Shown here: piece by piece, positions 49,501 to 61,791 of the stretch
Layout: the number at the start of each line of letters is the position of its first letter
How positions within the stretch are numbered: position 1 is the first letter of the stretch
Source of the DNA: Takakia lepidozioides
Taxonomy: Eukaryota; Plantae; Bryophyta
Assembly (NCBI GenBank): GCA_030704615.1
Contig: CM060733.1
Span: 26,226,001-26,290,000 of the forward strand
Direction: 5' to 3'
Length of the DNA: 64,000 nt
The notes under the pieces: generated by a model
What the model was told of the DNA's origin: nothing
What the model saw: the letters and a program-made list of their open reading frames with translations, nothing else
The model's database searches: none
Program-made: the position numbers and the translations under genes

Positions 49501-50107
49501 ATCCTATTGCTTGGGAAAACCGGGTATACCTAACGTGTGGCCTGTGAAGGTTGGAACCAACCTTACACAAGAAGAGGTGGACAACTTGACCCTTGCAGGT
49601 TTTCGACTAGTCCATCCTCCCAACGTTCCTGATCCGAACTTTCCTGTGGGACCACTTCTAGTGGAACAACATATTCATCAAGGTGTGGTCCTTCCTATGG
49701 GTAAGTATCCCACTACACGCTATGGGGTGCGCATTCGGCGTCGGGATCCGACTCCTCGACACTTGAGTCGCCAAGAGTCAACTGAGACTCTTATTGCTAA
49801 GGTTTGTGGATTCAGAAACGTGCCTCAGCCAGGTTATGAGAGAATTTACTAGCTACAAACAGAGGGATCTACCAGAGCAGGATTGGTTTACAATGTATAC
49901 ATCGGTCAGTTTCCATCTTGTGATTGTCCCGACTTTGATGAGCTATCTGTCAAGAAGAAAAAACAAGCATATCTACCTTGTAAGCACATGTACTTCATGT
50001 ACAACGCGCATCTAGGATGCGCCGGGGCTTATGAGATCCACCAACCTTCCCTTAGCCAGTTAGAGGTTAGGGCTATGCTAAAGAAGGACCCTAGTTCAAC
50101 TTCTTAG
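46552..50107 (+). pseudogene. Transposase: GCM-like Zn/DNA-binding domain, MULE-like DDE core, C-terminal SWIM finger (stop at 47281, several frameshifts)
   Basis: GCM-like: C.GKLIC....C...C..C...C...C.A...H.G.H.HP. DDE core: FDHVKR (D), FMADAEGANW (D), CLYHW (CxxH), TTNLSEAVH (E). SWIM: Y.V.I...SCDCPDF...PCKH. Confidence 0.8.
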
Positions 50108-50837
50108 TGACACATGAAATGCACAAAAAAAGAACCTCTAACTTGTGCCGTTTATTTTCATGCATGTGACATGTAATTATCTTGTTACTACTTTATTCCA
50201 AACATGACACATATGCATTTGTTAGTACAGAAGTTCCTATTTTGGTTAAAATGGAACTTGTGTACCTGTCATACAAGTTTTCAAATTAATTTTTTCTCAA
50301 ACATGACACATATGCATTTGTTAGTACAAAAGTCCATATTTTGGTTAATATGAAACTGTTTTCCTTGAATACAAGTTTGCAAACTATTACTTTGGCCAAG
50401 GATCTTGTATTCTCTTCAGTTTAAGGTGGTGCATTAGTTGGAGTTAAGGGTCACATGCATCTTTGACCATTGACTACTGATTTTGTTAGCTAAGATTTTT
50501 TATTTTATTTTTCTTATATACATATGATGTAACATTTGCATATGCAATAAATACGTCGTATTCTATGTTATATAACTCCACTGCATACAATCTACAATGT
50601 GTGCATACAAATTTGTTACATGCATATATAATAAGGGATTTTGTGCATGCATGCACGCAACCTGTGCATATGGAATAGCAACCCCCTCATGGGGGTGCTT
50701 TCCTATTTCTATTCCTTCTTGCATTCATGTTTAGCAAGTTACCTTACTTAAGTATCAGATTTCTACTATCATGTTTCACATACATATTATTAAACCATCC
50801 GGGTGCACTGTTTTTGTGGAAATGGCACGTCTAACAG

Positions 50838-51423
50838 ACCATGTTTTTCCACACCCATGTCCTCACCAAGCAAGGAGGACTATTCAAACTGCGTGAGTCT
50901 GGCAAAGTTGTGGACCCTCTTACAGACCCTGTTGAGTTGGATGTCATCTACAACCACATTCCAGATGTTGCACTGCCCATGCAAACTCCTCAACAAGCTT
51001 GGAGGGGTGCGCGAGACCGTAGTCCCGCCTTCATGCAAGTGTTGTTGGAGACATGCTCACCTCCTGGCTCCCGCATTTTGGATCTCATAGCTGGCACAAG
51101 TTTGTATTGGTCTTCATTTTGTAATTAAAATCTTCTGAGTTGATTCATGATCATAAACTGTTATCCGATATAATATCACCATTGCATGTTTTTTTCCTGC
51201 ATGTTCTACATTTATTGCTGCCCGTGAGTCTGGACGTCACGTATTTGGTCTTGAGGGGGACCAGACGTTGTATGCAGCACGTCTCTCTGCACTTCAAAAT
51301 ACTCAACCTATTTTGGTTTCATCTGTGGTAACTCCAACCATTCAACGTCCTGTGAGTTTGTTGGAACCCCCCGCTCCCAAGGTGGCGCGCAAGCTTGGTC
51401 TTCATCTCGGCAGTACTTCCTAG
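50838..51423 (+). pseudogene. C-terminal half of the beta-class DNA methyltransferase (TRD, motifs X, I, II)
   Basis: Acceptor CTAACAG|ACC at 50838, then WRGARDRSPAFMQVLLETCSPPGSRILDLIAGT|intron|STFIAARESGRHVFGLEGD. This matches the N6_N4_Mtase pattern P..L...S..GD.VLDPF.GSGTT..AA...GR..IG.E.D. Confidence 0.75.
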
Positions 51424-53256
51424 TGAGTATGTCTCGCCTCCATTCCCTTTGTTGCAATCTCTATATTATTTGCAAAGCAAACCATTCCCATTTGATTTGT
51501 TAACATAAGTATATATGTATGTGTGATGCATTGATGGGATTGTGCGGACCATCTACGACAGTCTACCCCAAAGTCCTCTTTCATCATTTTATCTACCTTC
51601 GTATGCCGAGTCCCAAGCTTTGCATTCAATACATCAACAACGTGATGTAGGTCTTTCCAATGATCTGTTGTTTGACCGAAGAGCAACTACTGTCGGACAA
51701 TCCGTGGATAGGTTGCGTAGAGTTGAGGCTTTCATGGATGTGTATGCCTCTGAATCACAGGCTTATGACATGGATGATGAAGTATCAGCTGATGATGTTA
51801 TGTAGGTAATTAGAAATTACATATACAATACATTGTCCTCATTGTCAATCCGAATTTTTGGTTATTTTTTATGATACATGTCTTTCTCTCTAGTGTAAGG
51901 TAAAACAAATGGAGCAAATGACATGGTGTTGAAATCAGATTTCATGTTATCTTCCTGTCATTTGATTTATCTATGTAATAGTTTGTACATAGATCTCTAT
52001 TGCATTTCATAGATCCCTTTACCGGAATGCAAGTTCGACATGCACTTCAGCACTATCAAATTTCATCATCAGTAAGATCAACCCTTATGAGTATTGTAGC
52101 ATGTTATGTACACACAGGGTGACTATCTTTATCTCATTCTAGCGACGACAGAAGGTCGGAAGCTAGCTTAGCGTAGAGCAGGTATAGGGTGCCGTAGTGC
52201 CACGTCATAGTTGCCACGTTTCATCGCCACATCATCGTAGCCAGGTCATCGTAGCCAAGTCATCGTCGTCGTCAATTTCTTTGGAATCTGCCCGGACGGC
52301 CTGCGAGAAATAGGCCAATAGAAATCACCGCGCCAACGTCTTTGGAACTGCCCGCAATGCCCGGATCTTGATCTTCTTGAACTGCAGGAGCTCTGCGTTT
52401 TCCGCCATCGTTCACCTTGCAAGCACAGGCATGTATAGCTTGAAGGAGCAGGGATCGAGTGTGTGTCCAGATTCATCCAAAAGGGCCGGATTTCAAGCTC
52501 CAAATTACCTATGATTCGAAAAGACAACAAATGGGGAGGAGTTTCTTGCAGACAGAATCGGAAGCTTTCACTCGTGATTGGGTGGGAAAGAAGAAAAGTG
52601 CAACTTAGATTACACCTTACTTCCCAGACCTGCACAGTGTGTCTCCATGATTGATTTTCCATAAGCACGAAGGGTATGTCAGGTTGTGTCTGGTTGCAGA
52701 AGTCTCACATCTGCTTGAAGCTAGATCCAAGTTTCAAACCTAATCCTACATTGACTAGATTGTAATTGTTGTTTGTCCGCCATAATCTCTCTATAACCAG
52801 TTTCACTGGAAACAATAAATGCAAACTGTGAGACTGACATTCAAAGCTGAAGGTTGCTCTTTTTCCATGTTTCAGCCTTCTTGGTCATTATTTTTGTGAC
52901 CATTGTTTTGTTAAACGTGGTGATAATGAAAGAGGGGAGTGCCCATAGACCTGAGCATGAGCCCTTAAGCAACTTGAAGAAGGAATAGCACTTTCTGTCC
53001 CAACAAATTGAGCTCTCTTTCTGTTTTTGCCTATAGATCCATCCTCATCAAAGGCATTCAATTGAACAATTTGCCTGATTCTGGTGATGTCAGGTTGCAG
53101 GTTGGATCCCGGCGAAATTCCATATCCAGGAGCAATGGTGCCATTGGGACTGGGCAGATGGGTAGCACACCCAGCGTGAGCAAGAGTGAAATTCAATTTT
53201 GGATGATGCTTGAATGCAATTACGAGACTGAGGTGAGTCGGCGGGCTGGTGATCAG

Positions 53257-53356
53257 AAGCGCAAATTGTCGGACATGCTTGGACCTCCCTGGAGCAAAGA
53301 GGACCTGGAGCTCTTCTATCAAGCATTTCGGAAATATGGCAGAGACTGGAAAAAGG
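53257..53356 (+). pseudogene. Isolated exon of an ALWAYS EARLY (ALY/LIN-9 family) SANT/Myb domain
   Basis: [33 protein letters not shown], bounded by CAG| and |GTAT splice sites. No further ALY exons are visible. Confidence 0.7.
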
Positions 53357-53379
53357 TATCTTATGACCACAATTGACTT

Positions 53380-56300
53380 GTTGAGATTGTGTGCATTTGC
53401 GATGCGTGTGCAAGCCTGGCAGCTCTGGAAAAGGGCGAAAGAGGTCCATGGCGACATTGTCAGAGCTGCAATTGTACCAAGTGTCATTCTGAACAATACC
53501 CTCGTGGACATGTATGAAGGGAGTGTTTGACAGTATGGCTGAATGAGATGTGGTGTCGTGGAGTGCGATGACAATGCGTGTGCAAGCCTGGCAGCCCTGG
53601 AAAGGTGCAAAGAGGTCCATGGTGACATCGTCAAATCTGGAATTGTACCCGATGTCATTCTGAACACTGCCCTGCTGGACATGTATGTCAAATGTGAGTG
53701 CATCGAGGATGCAAAGGGAGTGTTCAACAGTATGGCTGAATGAGATGTGGTGTCGTGGAGTGCAATGATTACAGGATATGCACAGCAAGGATGCGGGATG
53801 GAGGCTTTGGAGACCTATGAGCAATTGATGTGCGAAGGGGTGAAGCCCAACCGCAACACATTTGTTTGTGTTTGCAATGCGTGTGCAAGCCTAGGAGCTC
53901 TGGAAAAGGGGGAAGAGGTCCATGGTGACATCGTCAAAAATGGATTTGTATCAGATGTCATCCTAAACACTGCCCTAGTGGACATGTATGCCAAATGTGG
54001 GTGCATGAAGGATGCGAAGGGAGTTTTCAAATGGCTGAACAAGATGTGGTGTCGTGGAACGTGATGCAGCTTGCAGGGTATGCACAGCAGGGACGTGGGA
54101 TGGAGGCTTTGGAGACCTATGAGCAAATGATGGGGGAAGGGGTGAAGCCTGACCACATCACGTCTGTGCGCTGGACATATGTCAAATGTGAGTGCATCGA
54201 GGATGCAAAGGGAGTGTTCGACAGTATGGCTGAATGAGATGTGGTGTCGTGGAGTGCGATGATTGCAAGATATGCACAGCAAGGATGCGGGATGGAGGCT
54301 TTGGAGACCTATAAGCAAATACTGCGCGAAGGGGTGAAGCCCAACCACATCACATTTGTTTGTGTTTGGGATCAAGGAAAATAGCAAACTGCAATGCGTA
54401 TGAAAGCCTGGAAGCCTTGGAAAAGCAAGGACAATGTGGTGAGGTCACCTTCTTCGTTGACCTATTTCAGCCTGTTTTGCGCTCTCATCAGACTCAGCCC
54501 TGAGATGTATATTGAATTCTGTAAGTTAGCTCGTTGGGTGGATCTGTAGTGGTTTGGAATGACTTTGACAAGTAACTGCCGATGTGGCAGCAGGAAAGTA
54601 TCCAAAAACAGATAACAGAGATGAGGATCTACCAAGCATGGGTGTGGTACGAATGCTTTGGAGACCTATGAGCAAATGATGCATGAAGGGGTGAAGCCCC
54701 ACCACATCACGTTCATTTGTGTTTGCAATGCGTGTGCAAGCCTGGGAGCCCTGGAAAAGGGCAAAGAGGTCCATGATGACATCATGACATCGTCAAAGCT
54801 GGAACTGTACCAGATGTCATTCTGAACACTGCCCTGGTGGACATGTATGCCAAATGTGGGTGTATTAAAGATGCAAAGGGAGTTTTCATTTGGACATGAA
54901 ATGATTGACACTGGCCTTTTTATGCAGTTGGCTGTTTCACTTGGTAACAATAATACTCTTCACTAGGAAAAGGTAGCAAAAGCACTGCACCCATTTTTCT
55001 CAAAGGAGAAGACAGCAACGTCCTACAGCGGCAGGTCCGGTTTTAATTCAGATCCTCTGTGTTGGGAGCATTGAGGATGCGCATGGAGTGTTCAACAGTA
55101 TGGCTGACCGAGATTTGGTGTCATGGAATGCCATGCTTGCAGGGTATCGAGGATGCAAAGGCAGTGTTCAACAATATGACTGAATAAAATGTGGTGTTGT
55201 GGGTGCATTTTCAGACCTGCAATTGTACAAAATGTCATTCAGAACAATACCCTTGTGGACCTGTATGAAGGGAGTGTTCGACAGTATGGCTGAACCAGAT
55301 GTGGTGTCGTGGAGTGTGATGATTGCAGGATATGCACAGCAAGGGTGCGGGATGGAGGCTTTGGAGATTTAGGAGCAAATGTTGCGCAAAAGGGCGAAGC
55401 CCAACCACATCACATTTGTTTGTGTTTGCAATGCGTGTGCAAGCCTAGAAGCTCTGGAAAAGGGGAAAGAGGTCCGTGGTGACATCGTCAAAGCTGGAAT
55501 TGTACCAGATGTCATTTTGAACACTGCCCTGGCGGACAGGTATGCCAAATGTGGGTGCATTGTCAGACTTGCAATTGTACAAAATGTCATTAAGAACAAT
55601 ACCCTTGTGGACATGTATGAAGGGAGTGTTCGACAGTATGGCTGAACGAGATGTGGTGTCGTGGAGTGCGATGATTGCAGGATATGCACAGCAAGGGTGT
55701 GGGATGGAGGCTTTAGAGATCTAGGAGCAAATGTTGCGTGAAGGGGTGAAGCCCAACCACATCACATTTGTTTGTGTTTGCAATGCGCGTGCAAGCCTGG
55801 GAGCTCTGGAAAAGGAGAAAGAGGTCCGTGGTGACATCATCCAAGCTGGAATTGTACCAGATGTCATTCTGAACACTGCCCTGGTGGACAGGTATGCCAA
55901 ATGTGGGTGCATTGTCAGACCTGCAATTGTACAAAATGTCATTCAGAACAATACCCTTGTGGACATGTATGAAGGGAGTTTTCGACAATATGGCTGAACG
56001 AGATGTGGTGTCGTGGAGTGCGATGATTGCAGGATATGCACAGCAACAGTGCGGGATGGAGGCTTTGGAGACCTAAGAGCAAATGTTGTGCGAAGGGGCG
56101 AAGCCCAACCACATCACATTTGTTTGTGTTTGCAATGTGTGTGCAAGCCTGGGAGCCCTGGAAAAGGGGAAAGAGGTCCGTGGTGACATCGTCAAAGCTG
56201 GAATTGTACCTGATGTCAACTTGAACACTGCCCTGGTGGACATGTATGCCAAATGTGGGTGCATTAAGGATACGAAGGGAGTTAATTTCAACACCATGGC

Positions 56301-57760
56301 TGAACGAGATGTGGTGTTGTGGAACGCGATGCTTGCAGGGGTATGCACAGCAGGGGCGTGGGATGAAGGCTTTGGAGACCTATGAGCAAATGATGGGGGA
56401 AAGGGTGAAGCCACATCACGTTTGTGTGCGTTTGCAGTTCGTGTGCAAGCCTGGCAGCCCTGGAAAAGGGCAAAGAGGTGCATGGTTGCATCGCCAAAGC
56501 TGGAATTGTACCCGATGTGATTCTGAACAATACCCTCGTGGACATGTATGCCAAATGTGGGTGCATCAAAGATGCGGATGAAGTGTTCAACAGTATGGCT
56601 GAACGAGATTTGGTGTCACGGAATGCCATGATTGCAGGATATGCACAACAGGGGGGTGGGATGGAGGCCTTGGAGACCTATGAGCAAATGATGGTTAAGG
56701 GGTGAAGTGCGACCACATCACGTTTGTGTGCGTTTGCAATGCTTGTGCAAGCCTGGCAGCCCTGGAAAAGGGCAAAGGGTGCGTGATGACATCATCAAAG
56801 CTGGAATTGTACCAAGGTTGCAATGAGTGTGCAAACCTGGGAGCCCTGGAAAATGGGAAAGAGGTCTGTGGTGACATTGTCAAAGCTGGAATTGCACCAG
56901 ATTCATCCTGAACACTGCCCTGATGGACATATGCCAAATGTGGGTGGATCGAGGATGCAAAGGGAGTTTTCAACACTGTGGTTGCAAGAAATGTGGTGTC
57001 GTGGAACGCTATGCTTGTAGGGTATGCACAACAGGGGCACGGGATGGAGGCTTTGGAGACATATGAACAAATGATGGGGGAAGTGGTGAAGCCCTCATGG
57101 AGTGCAATGATTGCAGGATATTAAAGTGGAGAACAGCCTTCTTGACGCCAAATGTGGGAGTGGAAAAGATGCACGTCAGGTTTTCGACAAAATGCCTGAA
57201 CGAGATGTGGTCTCATGGAATGCCATGATTACAGGATATGTTGAGCATGGCTATGCTGAAGAGGCTTTCAAGATACAAGCAAATGGAACTGGACGCGAGA
57301 CACCGAACAGGGTCACATTTGTTTCTGTTGTCAATGCATGTGCCAGTCTAGGGGCCCTGGAAAAGGGCACGCGGGTCCATGCTGATATTAACAAAGCTGG
57401 GGTTGTGTCATATATTAACTTGGACAATGCCCTTGTTAACATGTATGCCAAATGTGGGAGTGTTCACGATGCATGTCAAGTGTTTGAAAATATGGTTCAG
57501 CAAGCATGGAATGCCATAATTGCAGGATATGCTCAGCATGGGTGTAGTACAGAGGCCTTCCAACTATTTGAACAGATGCAGCAGGAAGACTTGAAGCCAG
57601 ATGGTATCACGGCCTCTCTCTTACAGTGGAGCAGTTTTGCTGCATTGTGGACCTTCTTGGCCGTGTAGGCCGATGAGATGAGGCAGAGGACTTCATCAAC
57701 AAAATGCCCATTGAACCAGATGCTCTGGTTTGGGGGACCTTGCTTGCTGCTGCCAGAATA
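53380..57760 (+). pseudogene. Long decayed PLS-PPR array ending in a truncated E-domain region; includes three 352-bp tandem units (~55210-56250)
   Basis: Many PLS motifs with stops and frameshifts. ORF starts at 55379/55731/56083 are spaced 352 bp apart. The 3' part resembles the intact gene at 9.6-11.6 kb. Confidence 0.88.
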
Positions 57761-58779
57761 TAACAATTTTCGGTTTTCTTCCCTTAGCCACTACCACCAA
57801 AATCCCCAATGTCTTCCTCGTTTGGATTGCACTATAAAACCATAATTAAGCTATTGACAGTTGTCTAGTTGTAGCATTGTAATGTACAACAATATATGAT
57901 ACGATAAGTGTTCATCCATATCCGAATCACCCTATACTGGGACTTGTTGCAGATTATGGCATTATGTATGCCACTTATCTAGTCAACTAAGGAAATCCAG
58001 CTTGTTTTGGGGTTTCCGTAGATGTCTTTCATAAGCATCGTAAAGCCTTCTTCTCTTCTAATAGTAGCATAGTTGGAAATTATCATGCTAATTATGAACG
58101 ACATCTATTTGGATGAGGATATTAAAACTAAAGCATATTATGTATATTGAGAATAAAGAAATTTAAGATTTCTTTTAAAAACAAAACAGGGAATTCAAAG
58201 TAATTCGTGTAGGACTCATGAGAAAAGCTCTTGAAATGAAAGATTATTCAAAACATGTCATTTGAACAAATGATTATTATTATTATTATTTTGTTTGACA
58301 GTGATGAGACCTTGCCTTTTTCTTGCCTTTTTATGGTATAAATTAAATTACCTTGTACATTTTTTTAGCTGCAAATCAGATACAGTAGTCATGGTTTGTC
58401 AAAGAATCAACAAATAATGTGTACACTGAACTAGGGAAAAAAGATCATGTTGACTTTTCATATAAAACATGTTAGTGGTCTTATAACAAAAGCATTGTCC
58501 GCAATCTGATACATTGTAACGGTTGGCAACATTAACAAAGCTAAAATTGTTCCACGATACATTGTCCGTATTAATATTATAATGTCATGATTTCAAGCTT
58601 TCAGATCAATATAGAAGCCATTACATCGATTCGAACACATAAACAATTTTGGCTTTTTCTTCCCTTAGCCATTACCACCAAACCTCCCAATGTATTCCTC
58701 GTTGGGATTGCATTATAAACTAGAATTAAACTGTTGACAGTTGTCTAGTTGTAGCATTGTAATGTACAACAATATACTA

Positions 58780-58860
58780 GAAGAAGAAGAATACTTCGGC
58801 CAAAGCCGGCGTAACTAAGAGCCACTTCGCCTTGCGGCTACTGCCCTCTTTCAAGGGTGG
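58780..58860 (-). mobile_element. Short retroposed copy of the LINE 3' tail with TSD
   Basis: 14-bp TSD ACAACAATATACTA/ACAATAATATACTA and a (TCT)n tail. Sister repeats have the empty site. Confidence 0.85.
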
Positions 58861-59185
58861 ACAATAATATACTATATACTACTTGACAATTTTTCACACA
58901 TCCGAATCTTCAATCACCCCAAACTCGGCCTTGTTACCGATTATGGCATTATGTCTGCCACATGTACAATCAACTCAAGAAATCCAGCTTCTTTTGGGTT
59001 TTTTCGTAGATGTCTTTCATAAACATCATAAGTCTTCTTTTTCTCTAATAGTATCATAATTAAAAATTATTATGCTAATTATGAAAGACATCTGCAAATT
59101 TTTTGGATGATGATATTAAAACTAAAGCATATTAGGTATATTGGGAATTAAGAAATTCAAGGTTTTTCTTTTCTTTTCTTCTTAA

Positions 59186-60184
59186 CCCCTAAACAACGAC
59201 GCAGCGTCGTTTTTGGCATTCAATGCAGTTTCGCCGGATGTGGTCGGATGAATGTCATCCCTGACTGAGACGCACACGCTCGAAATTAGAGCGCCAAAAA
59301 CAGGGAGAATCCAGCCTGTTAGCATTTTTGGAGTGGACACATGTCCAGGCTTGGAAAGGCCTGCCAAGCTCGCTTTGACTTTCCCACATGGCCGGTGGCA
59401 CTGCCCACTTGATGTGCATTTGGCAGCCGGGTTTGCTGGCGGGTTTGCATTGTCCGCCCGTGTAGACAGCCCAGCCACCCACCACGAGCAGCTCAAGATC
59501 TGAAGGTTCTTCCTATTGCTAGTCTGTGGGGCCCACTCCATGTTTGGGTCATAGTGACGTGGCCCCTAAACACGCTCGCCGGAAGTGTTGCTAATTCTGG
59601 CAATTGTTTGTTTCAAAAATCTGGACCTACTGCATTTATGAGATGCTTTGAAATTTTGCAAGTGTGAGGAATCCCACATGGCACATAATGACCATTGAGA
59701 ATTTCAGTTTTGTGGAAAATTTCAGCCCCCATGGCCTGTTTTCTGTGACATTGTAGATGGAGGTCATTTTTACCCCCCTAATTTCACATACAAATGAGCC
59801 CCCTCAGCAATTTGGATTTTGCTTATGAAGTTTGGTGACAATGTCACCTAGGTGGCAAGGGTGCTGACTGTGATGAGCATTCACAAAAGAAAAATCTAGA
59901 AGGTAGGTTCAAAGCTTGGTCAAACCATTTTTTATAACCCAATTTTGGGTGGACTTGCAAAATGAGGCAACTGATTTTGTTATAATCTCACAGATTCAAC
60001 GGTAAAAAATCCTCATATTTTGCTAGATTGTGGATGAAGCAGATATAGGGATGGATTCATAAGGTTCATTTCCATGGATCATTCATGGTAGATAGATATT
60101 CTGGGTAGGTAGATATGACCTCATGAATGAGGCTATATATTCATTCAGGACGGGCCCACCCAAAAGGTGCTCGTCGCTTAAGGA
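59186..60184. mobile_element. ~1-kb non-autonomous element with TTAA TSD and CCC-type TIR (piggyBac-like)
   Basis: TTAA|CCCCTAAACAACGA...TCGTCGCTTAAGGA|TTAA. TIRs match at 10/14 positions and all mismatches are transitions. An empty TTAA site is present in the sister repeat near 58175. Confidence 0.6.
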
Positions 60185-61320
60185 TTAAACAGAGGATCCA
60201 AAGTAATTCGTGTAGAACTCATGAGAAAAGCTCTTGAAATCAAAGATGATTTAGAACATGTCATTTAAACAAATGATTATTATATCTTTTTTGTTTGATC
60301 TTGATGAGATCTTGTATTTTTCTTATAAATTAAATTATATTGTACATCTTGTTTATCTGCAAATCAGATGCAGTAGTCATGATGTGTCAAAGAATCAACT
60401 AAAGCAAATAATATGTACCCTTCTAGGGAAAAATGATCATGTTGACTTTTCATATAAAACATGTTGGTGGTCCTACAATAGAAACAATCCCATACCTTGT
60501 AACGGTTGGCAACATTAACAAAGCTAAAATTGTTCGACAGTGTGTTATAAGTATTATAATGTCATGATTTCAGATCAATATAGAAGCCATTAAATCGATT
60601 AGATCACCTAACAATTTTGGCTTTTTCTTCTGTTAGCTACTGCCACAAAAAACCCTAATGCCTTTCCCGTTTGGATTGCACTATAAAACTAGAATTAAAC
60701 TATTGACAGTTGTCTAGTTGTAGCATTGTAATGTACAACAATATAGTAACTATTCACGCATATCCGAATCATTGATAGGCCAACATTATGATATCGAATT
60801 TCTCATTTTATCTGTATAAGAATGTGATCATTTTCGCCTCCACAACACGAATAATTGGAATTAGATATGAAGATTCTTGTTGAAGCCAATATAACTTATA
60901 GTGCACTTCAACCTGAAGGGCTACTATTTTTCCTTTGGAAGGTGGACATTCCTTTTGTTTTATATATATATTTAGTGTGAGCTGATTATTAAACCAAGTT
61001 GGTCCATTAATAAATATATTTGTAAAAACTCCACTGATTTTTATAGTGGAAAAGTATCGCACATTGTTTTTTTCATTATTTACAACACACTATTTTATTA
61101 CTCTTTGTTAATATTTTTGTTAATATTTTTAATCACATCAGGTCAAAAAATGGAGCTATATAAACATGACTACACAATCACTAGTATCAAACCTTCTTCC
61201 CAAAACACATACTTCATAGCTACATTCAGCAAGACTAGACTCTACTTGTCATATATCTTTATCTTTACATACTCCCAAGGTTTTGTGGATCATAGCAATA
61301 ATTGCATTCAGACTTGCAAC

Positions 61321-61791
61321 ATGGTTATGACAAAATTTGTCAATTTTTCTCTACTTGCATTAGTTCTATTTTTCATACATCTAACGTATGTTAGAGCTGA
61401 CGAAAATGGTGGATGCTGCATAGAGGCTTCATATCAGCTAAATAGTGGCAGCTCTCTCATTAGCTCGAATCAGCGCTATACACTCTTGATGTTGGACACC
61501 TGTGATGTACAACTGCTGGATTTGGGTAAAGGAAAAAAGTTGTGGGATAGCGGCAGTGGAGGTGTAGGCGTAAATTGCTACCTCACCCAACAGAGTGATG
61601 GAAACTTGGTGGTTTACGATCAAAATAATCAACCTAAATGGGCTTCGAACACAGTAAATGTCGGAGATTGTATTGGAGAGTATGAGCTGAAGTTGCAAGA
61701 TGACGGAAACTTGACAATTCTTTGCACTCCTAGTGGCACTTATGATTATGCTCCTTATGTTGTGTGGAGTACTCATACAAATGGTCAGTAA
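61321..61791 (+). CDS. Secreted GNA-related (bulb-type, mannose-binding) lectin
   Basis: ATG at 61321, a hydrophobic signal peptide, and a B-lectin domain with an intact QSDGNLVVY site, a partial QDDGNLTIL site and the W.S.T motifs. Confidence 0.88.
   Translation: MVMTKFVNFSLLALVLFFIHLTYVRADENGGCCIEASYQLNSGSSLISSNQRYTLLMLDTCDVQLLDLGKGKKLWDSGSGGVGVNCYLTQQSDGNLVVYDQNNQPKWASNTVNVGDCIGEYELKLQDDGNLTILCTPSGTYDYAPYVVWSTHTNGQ

Larger units (their letters stand above)
39937..51805. mobile_element. Large decayed DNA transposon carrying a GCM/MULE/SWIM transposase and a ParB-DNA methyltransferase gene; CACTA-like left end
   Basis: CACTACAACAGATTGTGGCTTTTATGAC terminus with subterminal repeats, two divergent genes and a central palindrome array. 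No right TIR was found. Confidence 0.65.
57762..60770. repeat. AT-rich ~880-bp tandem repeat (two copies plus the start of a third; copy 2 carries two insertions)
   Basis: AACAATTTT.G.TTTTCTT...TTGACAGTTGTCTAGTTGTAGCATTGTAATGTACAACAATAT begins at ~57762, ~58642 and ~60610. Confidence 0.85.

Noticed and set aside
61105-61320. N-terminal extension of the lectin ORF (228 aa)
   Set aside because: The ORF-track start is a non-ATG codon in AT-rich sequence, and the signal peptide begins at the ATG at 61321.
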